The notes under the pieces: generated by a model
Told to the model about the DNA's origin: nothing
Databases searched by the model: none
Seen by the model: the letters and a program-made list of their open reading frames with translations, nothing else
In this document: positions 48,101 through 60,100 of the stretch, in pieces
Layout: each line of letters begins with the position of its first letter
How positions within the stretch are numbered: position 1 is the first letter of the stretch
Source of the DNA: Vicugna vicugna
Taxonomy: Eukaryota
NCBI GenBank assembly: GCA_013265495.1
Contig: MU057651.1
Span: 496,001-560,000, forward strand
DNA length: 64,000 nt
Reading direction: 5' to 3'
Program-made: the position numbers and the translations under genes

Positions 48101-51100
48101 AGGTTGAGATCCTCGTCTGCAGGGAAGCTTACAGACATCTTGTCCCCTTGGCATGCCACACAGCCTCGTACTCCACCAGGGTTATTTTCTGAGGTCCCTA
48201 AAATGGAAGAGGCACAATTAACTTGATATTTTCCGTCTCTTTCCCCTCCTGTGTTGAAAAGCCTCTACCTTTATAAGTGTCCATGTCTGTAAACACCATT
48301 GCTCATCAAACCAACCAACTCCATCAAGTCCCCCCATCCTAGGGCAGGACTGAGTTCCCCTTCATCCCACTGGCCATTTCCCTGCTGTGTCCTAAGGAGC
48401 CACTTTAAATAGGCAGGGATTATGAGAGTGTTTTGCAATTGTTCAATGCCAGTTCATCTGCTCATACCCTCCAGAGGAAAATCCTTCTCCTTAATGCCCC
48501 CAGCTACTGTCCTAACTTCCTGTGTGCACACGCATATTGCCTGAAACATGTGCTCCTGAACTTTCCTATCCTCCTGGGCCTTCAACATACAAAGCTTTAG
48601 TCAATTCTAAGAGCTGAGTTATACTGAGTTGCAGTGTGATCATAAGACGCACGTAGGAATTTTAGGCTGAAATCTCCTGCAGATAGGAATTTTAGGCTGA
48701 AATCTCATTGCCAAATTCCCACAGAAAATCTCTTCTCCAGCTCCCTCCGACTACTCTCCCTTCTTACCCACCTCTGGCTTTTTCCCTGACTGACTCATGC
48801 CCAGCTACGATAGTGTCAGACAATTCTAATCTCTGACTAAAATGGATCAAGGCCTCGTGGGGATTTGCACAGCCAGCTGAGGGGGAAGCAAAGGTACCTG
48901 CACAAGATCCGTCAGCTCTCTGTTGAGTTTTGAGTCCAACCCTCACTACCATTGCTCTTGCTCAGATCTTCCACTAGCGAATATCCTCCTTGGAGGTATA
49001 TTGTGTGGGAAGAGGCTGGTGAGGTTCTGGATGAAAGCAAAGGTGGTAGGAATGGAAGGAAAAGGTTGAGAGAAGACATTAGAAGCAGAACATACAGGCC
49101 TTGGTGATAGATTGCACGTGCAGGAATGTGCTAATAGAAATTTCCAATACCCAGCTCAATATGACACCTCTGTACAGTAATTTTGGCCTAGATTGTTCAT
49201 GGATTTCTTTTTCTTCCCAGAGACCATGACCTTCCACCTGAGTAGTACTGTTTTCAGCAGCTGATACAGTTGAAGAGAGTTGAATAGTCCCATACTCTTT
49301 CCATCTATCCTGTTTATTATAGATTCTGAATTTCAAAAGCGTTAACAGCTTTATCAAAGTACAATTTATATACCAGAAAATTCACCTTTAGTTAAGTAGA
49401 CAAAGCAATGAATTTTAGTAAATGTACAGAGTTGTGCAAACATCACCACAATCCAGTTTTTGAACAGTTGCATCGTCCCAATATGATCTCCCGTGCACAC
49501 TTGCGGTGAGTAAACCCCTTCTCCCTCCAGTCACAGGCAACCACTAATCTACTTTTAGTTTCTATCTAGATTTGCCTATCCTGAACATTTCACTTAAAAT
49601 GGAAATATAGTGGCTTCTTTTGATTAGCATAATGTTTGCAAGGGTCATCCATGCTGTAGCTTGTATCTGTTCCTTTTGATTATTGAACTGTCTTCCGTTG
49701 CATGGATATATAAATTCTTCCCAATAAAGCAGATTGGGATTTATACCTGGAGTCTTCTAGCAGAAGGTTCAGATAAGAAGATAATTATGTAGTGACTTCA
49801 TTGTCTAGTTTGGAAGTGAAAGTTAGGCTTAACATGTTATTCTCAGGCTCCATATTGAGTTTTCCTTGGAGAGGTTAGGAAGGAAGAGAATGTTTTACCA
49901 ATGACAAGATCTTCATGCAGAAGCAAAACTCCCCAGTGGGTAAAGTGGACTCCTTGTGCAACTGGTCTACCATTGGTCCCTGAGCCTAGGTCCACCTATA
50001 ACTCTCTTGTCTTGGGAGGGTACAATTTTCTAAGGATAAGATAATGGCTACTTAGGCTATCAATAAAGTCCTCAGGTCCTGAATGGCAGCCTTGAGCTCT
50101 GAGACTCTTTATAGCCCTGGACTTAGTCATAATGTACTTACTGCAGGGCCAGCCTCACTTGCAAGTGTCCATGCCACCACCCCCACAGTATTGCTAGACT
50201 GCGCGTAGCACTTTTGAAAGTGCCTCCACTCTTCTGGCTGCTGGTTTTCCAGGCAGCCTTTCATTTTACTGTGGTTCTTGAGGTTTACCCCGGACCTCAA
50301 TATTTATTGTCAGCAAATTTCACCTGCGTGAAAAAAATAATTGCTGCAGATGTGAACGTGGTAGTTGAAAGGAGATCCACATAGAGTGACACATGTGGGG
50401 CTCCAAGGCTTATAATTGTATGCCTGAACCCCCCCCCCACCCCCAGCAGAGGTCTCTAGGGAGGGAGATGAGGTAAGGTCAATGGGAGGGTCTCTCAATG
50501 CTCAGCTAAGAAAACTTATTTTCTAGAGAAGCTACTTTGCTTGCTGAAGGCTTTGGCTTCAGGATGGGGTTATGTAGAGACCATTCCTGGATTTACTCTT
50601 GGTGCTCGGCTTCCTTGTTGTGTATTTCCCCCCATGAAATTATTTTACCTTGACAAACAGCCCAGGTCAATCATCACGTCAACTTGCCAACACAGCTGGG
50701 AACCATTAGGGGTTCAGCAATCTTCCCTACCTCTCAAGCCACCCAAATATGTGACTGTGTGAGCTGTGACCTCTCCTCCCTCTCCACTCCCTACCATTCC
50801 AGCAGAGCTTGGGCTGAAATACGCCACCTGCACTCCGCATCTCAGCTTTGACTTGCAGGAAAATTTCTCTAGCCTTGCTTCCTCACCTCCACATGAGGAG
50901 ACCCAGTTGTCCAAATCTAGAGGAGAATCCAATAAATAGCCATTTCACTGTTTTCAAATTTGTCACCAAAAAGTCTGTTTGGCTTTTGGATTTGCATTAG
51001 TTCATTACCCTTTATCCTCTCTACCTTCTTAGTTGCTTTCTAGTCGTTCACTTTAAAGAGGTAAAAAAAAGGTGGCTTAATAAAAATTTTCTCCCCTGTT

Positions 51101-54100
51101 TCACATCATGGTGCTGACATACATGAGAGATTGATTCATATTTAATGGACTAAATTGAGGAGATTAAAGCTCATTGGTGATATTTAGCTTGGAACCGAAA
51201 GCTGAGACATGTGTTAAGTCAGTCTTCCAGAACAATGGAGAGCTTCCAGGTAAGCGTTAAGCAAAGAGGCATAAAACACGGGGATGGATGATTGAGAGAG
51301 GTAGTTGCATCTCCATCCCTGAAGAGCCACATTATATTACCCTTCATGGTGGGGCCACTGATATACCTGAAGGCAAAAGGATGGACCAGCTAAGGTCCAG
51401 AGGTTCCTTCTCTAACTGTATATGGTTCTGAAGAACCTAAAATTTCCATCGAAGGTCTACTAACTAGCTGAATGACAGGAGGGGCAACCTACTGCCCTTC
51501 TCTGAGCCTGTTTCCTCACTTGTAAAATAAATAGGTTGACTAAATAGTCTCTAAAATTCCTTCCAGTTTTGACAGTCTATGGACGATTAGCTTATCATTT
51601 TTTAAAACCCATTATTAAATAGCCAACCATCATGTGTGAAGAGAGGTAAAATAAAACTGGGGCATGAGCCAGTTTATGAGAGGAAATAGAAAATAAAGTG
51701 GATTTTTTTTATCCAAATGTATATTCTCCCATGATTATACACAAGTTTATACATAAACACACACACACCATATATATATACTATGTATTTTATATATATA
51801 TAAATCACATTCAGCTTAGTCTACAGGAGAATAATTATCCAGTTCCTCAATCTGAGTTTTGCTTACATGTTTTTGTTTATTTACGTGACCCTTTATGTCT
51901 TAAGTAGAAATTGACATGCCAGAAGTGTTTGCTGATCCTAGATCCCTGCTGTGAAATGAAAGCCTTGTGGAAATTCAAGACACTGTAATGTAACCTCAAG
52001 CACTAATAACTCTACATAAAACCAGCAAATAATTTACCTTAATAAGCTAAAAGCACACTTCTCCACATATCAATGTTCGCTTTATTGTTTTTACATGATA
52101 GGAAATTATTATATGCGTCATCTAAGACCAAGAAATCACTGTGTAACTTTACATCTTGCTCCAAATACAATAGTAACACCTGACCCAGGAAGGAGAAACT
52201 TTGTTTAGTTTCATCTTAGAAGGGGCAAAGAAACAATCAGAAGAGAAAGGATATCAGGATCTAAATAACCCAGCATACCTGCTTTATGTTCAATAAGTGG
52301 CAAAACAGGCAGCTCCCAACCCATTTAAAAATTAAGTAAGATAGAAGTCTTATCCTAAGACAAAAAAGTTACAATGAGACACCAGACATGCATCTAAAAA
52401 AAAAAAAAGACCATAAAATCCAAAGCTGACAACCCACCTCTCTCGTTTTGGCAGAGGGATGACCAATTAATCTTCAGTTTGGACTTATCCCTGCCCAGAA
52501 TGCCTATCCCTTTCCAGAGTTATTTTGGCTTTTAAAGAATATAAGGAATGTTTTATTCTGTAGACCAGACCCTTCATCAAGGAGAATTATGTCCATTTAA
52601 AAAGGGGGTTTGAGAACCAGAAAAAATATAGCTGTCTCTATTTAATAATTTTTAAAAGGATATATGTCTAGATTTTCTTTCCATTTGAGACTAGGATTTA
52701 TTTCTGCTGGGTAAGCAGAATGTCAAGGTACTGGCCAACGGCCTCCTCCACGAGCTTTTCTTCATCTACCCAAGACTTCATTGGTATTTCCTGCCTTTGA
52801 ACTCTGCAAGTGCTGATACTCTGAGTCCTTCAGTCATGTAGTCAATTATGTGGTGTCACGTACGTGGCTCTGCCTTTGTCCATGCCTGTCTCTCTACTCG
52901 TTATGCCTCCATACTTCTCCCTTGTCCAGCTACTTAACTCTAGTCATTCTTAAGGCTTCGTCTTGACCTTTACCACCACTATGCAATCTCTTCTGTCTGC
53001 CACCAGGGAAACTTTGGGGATCTTTCCTTTAGGCACTGATAATACTTTGAAAATGCCTCCCCTGTACCCTCATTATATTGTGTTGTAATTGTACTGTTTG
53101 AGTCTCATTTTCCTACTTGCAGGGGAATGGCATAGCTAATGATATGTTAAGGAAAGACACACACATAAACCCTAAACAAATACTGCGCCTACTCTGTCCA
53201 AGTTCCCACAGAACATCTGCTGTGGGAAGTGCGTCTGCTGAAACACTCCTGTGCGTGGTCTATTACCACTCGCTATTCATGCTGCTGCCATCCGTATTCA
53301 TCCAAAGATGTGCAGAAATCTAGTTGCCTTGGAGACCACTGTTGCCTTTGCTTTATGTTAGGAAAGGGCTTCATGTATAAGGTCTCCTAACTCATTTTCC
53401 TAGAGAAGGAGAAGCATTAATGTCCACCTCCATCAGGCCTTGTCTTTCAAATGCAAACATCCTTCCAACCACAGGTGCTTCAGAAAATCTCATCCTGACA
53501 AATAGGATCAGAATGTAATGTGCTAATCCCACATTCTCCGCTTCAAAAGCTCACTGCTTGCAGGGAGGGTATAGCTCAGTGGTAGGGCGCATGCTTAGCG
53601 TGTGTGAGGTCCTGGGTTCAATCCCCAGTACCTCCATTAATAAAAAAAAAAAAGAGTTCCTTCTACAAACATTTTATTTTGTAGTAACACATAGTGAAAA
53701 AAGAATATGAAAACAACAAAAAATATATATATATATATGTATGAATGAAACACTATGCTGTACACCAGAAATTGACACAACATTGTAAATCACATTGACT
53801 CTTGAGAAACAATTCCCAGATTCTTAGAACAAATTATTGTATCTACAGGACATCTGCGATGACCCCCGTCTGATTGTGGGCAATATCAGCAACCACCAGC
53901 TGATCCAAGGGAGACTGGGGCACAAGCCAATGGTCTCTGCGTTTTCCTGTTTGGCTGTTCAGGAGTCTCACTGGACAAAGGTATTCCCTCTCTTATGGGA
54001 CCTCACTTGGTTTCCACCTTCTTGTCTTCTTTAGTAACTTTAGGAAAAGTCAGCTCGTAACTTTCTTGATTGTTTAATTCCTGAAGTAAGAGGTGATTTC

Positions 54101-57100
54101 CCTCCATCTTGTTATGAGAATTTTTGTTAATCCAGAAAGTTGAAAGAATTTTACAGTAAACACCCATATACTCACCTAGATTCTACTGGTTATATTTTAC
54201 TCTATTTGCTTTGTCACACATATTAGTTGATCTCTTGCCACTTGCAGTTCTTTGGCTCAGTAGCTCCACATACTTGTATTCTCTGTACCTACTGAGGTTA
54301 AAAAGCCAGTAGGGGCCAGGAAGTCACTAACAGATATGAATAAAAGAAAAGGTGAGAAAGATGGAAATAGATCCTTGAAAAGGTTCTCATAAATTATTAA
54401 TAGTACAAAAATTCCTTTGGCATTTAGCTAGAGTCCAAGGCAATGAAGTGTTGACTTGGGACAAAGAGCATTTTCTTCAGAAAAACAATTTTAGAAGATT
54501 AATATGTAACTGTATTTAAAAAGGAGATTTTCTCAAATGTAATTTTATTCAAGATGTGAATGAATTCTATAGTCTAAGGAATCTGCATGAAATCTTTACG
54601 ACAGATCTTTAAAAACTGAAACCACCAGGGACCTTGTATTTTGATTGCTTTTGCTTTTTAAAAATGCCTGTTTATGTGGTTAAACAGGCAACCATGAATA
54701 TGTTGTGTAGACATATGTTTGTAGATTATCTGTGGGAAATAATTTAACCCCTAACTTGCTGCCCCTAATCACCCTGTGTGTATTCAAGGAAGGCATGGTA
54801 ATATTATCGTCAGCAAAACTCAACTGAGGAAGCAAAAGTTGTGGGAAAAAAATGCTCTACCAGGGATTTCCTAACCTCGACCCAAACCCAGTACATTTGG
54901 TGTGTTTTCTGTTGCCACATGGATTTCTCAGAAGTCAACTGTAATCTCGATATTTGGATATAGTCTGGTGAATAAGTTGATTGATTGAATGTTCTTATAT
55001 TTCCAGACAATTCCCAACCATAAGGAGCAGGAATGGGACCCTCGAAAACTAGATAAATATGCTGGGATATTTCGCTTCCGTTTCTGGCATTTTGGAGAAT
55101 GGACCGAAGTGGTGATTGATGACTTGCTGCCCACCATCAATGGAGATCTCGTTTTCTCCTTCTCCACCTCCATGAATGAGTTCTGGAATGCTTTATTGGA
55201 AAAAGCTTATGCAAAGTAAGGAAGAGGGTTGGCTAGTCAGTGGTCAGGCTACAGGAGGAAAGAAAGGCCACATTTGTCTTGGGACTCATGCCCTTCCAAC
55301 TTAGCCCTGAACTTTAAATTGGGTAAGATATCAGTTAGATTCAAGGCATTGTTTTGGGCCTGGGCCCTCCATAATCCTAGATGAGAAAGAAATCAGCTAT
55401 TCTGATTTCCAGTAAACCCCTACCTGCTCCCAGGTTCCCCTTCCTGCTGCTGATCCACAGATCCCATTATGGCCTCAGATTTTCTCTTTGTCTAATATTT
55501 ACCTGTAGAAAGAAATTCTGCATGGACTGTCCTAGATCAACCTAGCCTAAGCCTGTAAATCTGATGATAGTCTCAAAATAGCTTTCATTTCATACCTAGA
55601 GAAAAGTTAGCTGGGCAAACAGTGTTCTAATTTTGGGGAACAAGATGTCTTTGACCTGGAAAAATTATTTTACAAAGAACCTTGCCTATTTACCCCCAGA
55701 CTGCTTGGCTGTTATGAAGCCCTGGATGGTTTGACCACCACTGATATCATCGTGGACTTCACTGGCACATTGGCTGAAACTGTTGACATGCAGAAGGGAA
55801 GATACACTGAGCTTGTTGAGGAGAAGTACAAACTGTTTGGAGAACTGTACAAAACATTTACCAAAGGAGGTCTGATCTGTTGCTCCATTGAGGTTTGTAC
55901 TCACCAAAACCGCTCTTTGCTCACTTCTGGCAGAGGAGACCATAACATTTAGTGAGGAACATCACCCTTACCCTGGAGATCCAGGACAAGCCATTAAGAA
56001 ACTCAGAAAGCTAACAATAGGCACTGAGCCCTGGCACAGAGGCTAAGGAACTTCAACGTTTTACCCTTTTGTACCAGTCATCCCACTGGGAGCCAATGCA
56101 CCATCTAAGCTGATGTAAATAGCCTCTGCTAAATTATTCCTTTGCTTCTAGGTGTGGAGGTTATAGCTGTTTGCTTAAAGAATAAACCAGCCCCACCAAA
56201 TTTTAATGCTGTTCCTATCAATGTACTACTGTGGGTCATTTGAATTGTTTGAATTGTTATATTAAATTTTTTATTTCCTTTCCCTGGCTTGCTTTGTGTC
56301 AAGTTAGGCAGCAGGATCAAATTTCCATCTGCGTGAGAGAACTAGCTTCAACCCTACTAGGGTAAATCAATCAATGAAAAGAAGGAGCCAGGCCTTGGGT
56401 ATGCCAATTCTTGTGCCCTTATGTATCTTTCTTTGCTCTCAGTCTCCCAGTCAGGAAGAGCAAGAAGTTGAAACTGACTGGGGCCTACTGAAGGGCCATA
56501 CCTACACCATGACTGATATTCGCAAGATCCGTCTTGGAGAAAGGCTTGTGGAAGTCTTCAGCACTGAGAAGCTGTACATGATTCGTCTGAGGAACCCCTT
56601 GGGGAGACAGGAATGGAGTGGCCCTTGGAGTGAGATGTAAGTGGCATTCCACTTTGACGGCTGCATCCCCAAAGCCCAATACTTTCTCCCAACCCATCCC
56701 TCCAGACTGTTAGTGGGCTGTCAATGCTTAGTGACATCTGTGGGCTCTTCTTGGGTGTGGGGTCTGTGACTTAGCCAGAGGTGAGACAAGGCTGTCCCTG
56801 TACCCATGCCTTCTGCTCCTCTGGCATCCTGCTTACTGTGGGAAGTCAATGGCAAACATAATGGCTTATCCTTTTGCTCATTTGCTTTTAGTTCTGAGGA
56901 GTGGCAGCAACTGACGGCAGCAGATCGCAAGAACCTGGGGCTTGTTATGTCTGATGATGGAGAGTTTTGGTGAGGAGAGGTTTTTCTGTGCTCAGGGAAT
57001 TGGGGCTTCCACATGGAACTACAGGGGTAGGCATTAAGTACCAGCTGCACTTGTTTCCTGCACTCTTTCCATTCAGGATGAGCCTGGAGGACTTTTGCCG

Positions 57101-60100
57101 CAACTTTCATGAACTGAGTGTCTGCCGCAATGTGAGCAACCCTATTTTTGGCCGCAAGGAGCTGGAATCAGTGGTGGGATGCTGGACTGTGAATGATGAC
57201 CCCCTGATGAACCGTTCAGGAGGCTGCTATAACAACCGTGACACTTTCCTGCAGAATCCCCAGGTTTGAATCAATTATTTTTCTTTGTCTTCAAGTTACC
57301 AAGGCAATAGGAAGCTGGAGTATTTCTTTGACATCGGTTCTCCCATTTACAGCTTTTGTGTAATATTCATCAACCAAGATGCGTAAGGATTGGCTCAGAT
57401 GCTTGTAAAGCATAGCACTGTGTCTCTTTGCAAAGAAGTATCTTGGCAACTTTATCAAATCCAAGCCACCTCCCCTGGTTGCCTCTCTCTTAGCCATATT
57501 GCTTGGTATGTCTCTTTGACACTCCCTGCTTCCTTGTGATGGTCCCACATTGGAGAAGAAGGATCTGTTCCCAGCCACATTTCAATTCTTTTTCATTTTT
57601 TTTACTTCCTAATTGCTCTCTTGGGTGCACATTTACTATAGGTGCCCTCTTTCTCATGCAGGTGATTCTTCTGAAACCCATCATTGTGCCTCCCTTTTCT
57701 CATCTAGAACACCAAGTCATTCTTCCCAAGATTTGAATCGATACCCTGTTAATGACCCCATTCCATCCATCTCCCATTATAATGCTATTCCAGGTGACAC
57801 ATGAGAGGTCTAGTCTGGACACACACCAAAGCAAAAAAAAAAAAAATCCATACATCCAAAGCCTAAACCTATAATAACCTTGATGGTTTTATTGCCAAAT
57901 GTGCTGATGAGCTAACCCACAGGAGAGAAGTATTCTGATTGTATTGCAGCCTTACCTGGGTGTGTCTCTTCTTTCCATGGACCTCACTGGTCACCCATTT
58001 TAAAGGATACTAAGGCTGGTGGGCTGATTGACTTTTCTCCATCCTTTCTACCTTAACTGTCCCTAAAGAAAAGAAAGCTCCTATTACCACCCCCCTTGAT
58101 TTACAACCCTGGAAATGCTTTAATTATCAGGCACATATACCAAACTGGAGAAATGGCCCTTTTGGCTTCACAGTTTGAATGCCTGCACAGGATGGACCTA
58201 TGGGGACCTTGTGAGTCTATGGTTCTGCATCTATTTCCTGTTTCTTACTAGGAGAGAGAGAAAGAGAGACTGAGAGAAAGAGAGTGAGAGAGAAACATAG
58301 ACACAGAGAGATAGAGAAAGAGAGACAGACGGAGACAGAGGCAGTGAGAAAAATGTGATGTCTTTTGGTCTTATTTCCCAATGGTACCATGATTCCCCAG
58401 ATAATATTTGGGTAATCACGCATGCAGCTTCCTTAAAATGGTGGTAGCAAAGCATCAATTTGCCAAGGAAGTGGATCCAGCCCTTCCACGAGTCACACTC
58501 CACAAAGGCTGCCAATAGGAGGCTAGCCTGGGTGATACTTCAGTGACAGGTCAAGTCAAACAAGAATGTTGTCTTTGGAAATAGAAAACTCAAGACCATA
58601 CCGAACTTCTTAAAATGAAGTATACCCTCTTTGGTATCAAAGGCCTAGGCAAGAAGTTGTCTCTCTCAACACATTTAGCAAGTCAAGGAATTATCCCAGG
58701 CCTCACTGTCTGGTCAATGGTAAAACCTAGAAAATAACCCAAATCTCTACTTCCCAAGGCAGAGTGTTCTTCCCTGAAATTTGAGCTGGTTCCTCTGAAA
58801 TGGAAGCACTAACTAAGCTCCTTGCTGGCCTCTTTCCCTTAGTACATCTTCACTGTGCCTGAGGATGGGCACAAGGTCATCATGTCACTGCAGCAAAAGG
58901 ACCTGCGTACTTACCGCCGCATGGGAAGACCCGACAATTATATCATTGGCTTTGAGCTCTTCAAGGTAAGAATGGGCATTTGGAGCAGAGAGAATGATGG
59001 CAAACAGTGTCAAAATTAGGATGGCTTGGGTGGAGGGGAATGAAGACAGGTCCAGAGATAAAGAAAGTAGAGGAGCCAGGATCCTCCAATGCAAAAACTA
59101 TGATTTGCATGGAGTGGAGCATTTCAGTCTCCTTCATTTCCAGGTGGAGATGAACCGCAAGTTCCGCCTCCACCACCTCTACATCCAGGAGCGTGCTGGG
59201 ACTTCCACTTACATTGACACGCGCACCGTGTTTCTGAGCAAGTACCTGAAGAAGGGCAACTATGTGCTCGTCCCAACCATGTTCCAGCATGGCCGCACCA
59301 GCGAGTTTCTCCTGAGAATCTTCTCTGAAGTGCCTGTCCAGCTCAGGTTCTGTTTTTTTGGCCAGCCCTGCCAACTCCTATTCTCTGCCCTGCCTCCATT
59401 CCTAACCCCCTTGGCCCTTTCCCACCATGCGAACACTCAAAGGAACAACTTGTTCAAGTCAGACTTAACGGAAATGATGGCAGGAGAAATATTTCTCGAA
59501 GTGGGTGGGTTACAAGAAATTTCCTGTGGAGGTCTGAGCTTCAGAGCTCTGAGTAGCCATTTAAGGATAACAGGCCTATAGCCTAAGCTTTTCCACTTAT
59601 ATTTTATCTTCTGTTCTCTGGCCAACTGTCTGTTCTCTTAAACAGCTGGCACTCCTCACTGATCCCCTGTTATGTTCTGAGTGCTGGGTCACCAAAGCTA
59701 CCTTTTCACCCCAGCCCTGCCTACTCTGATCTTTATCTGCTGGTCCTTAAAGCAAGGGGAAAGGAAAACATACTCATAAAATATAAGGCATGTCTGCAGA
59801 GGAATGGGCTAGGTCACTCGGCATTTCATGTTTTTCAACAACAAGGTCTGCTCTGGCAAGCCTATCTCCTCATCAAAGGACGTTCGTCATCAATGACGTG
59901 TCTTCTTTTTGATGTTCCAGGGAGCTGACTCTGGACATGCCGAAGATGTCCTGCTGGAATCTGGCTCGTGGCTACCCAAAGGTTGTCACCCAGATTACAG
60001 TGCACAGTGCCGAGGGCCTGGAGAAGAAGTATGCCAATGAAAGTAAGAACTGCAGGGGTGTCTGGGAAGGCAAAATTCAGTCCCAGGTATCACATACATG

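Noticed and set aside
33202..48706. Short direct repeats as a CRISPR-like array
   Set aside because: Only isolated two-copy duplications in mammalian DNA; no array and no cas genes
53562..53636. tRNA-Ala(AGC)-like sequence as a real tRNA gene
   Set aside because: Followed by a poly(A) tail rather than a T-run terminator, has mismatched stems, and matches the camelid SINE head
58994..59581. 195-aa ORF as a separate gene
   Set aside because: CAPN6 exon 10 plus in-frame intronic flanks; the same applies to the other ORFs overlapping CAPN6 exons
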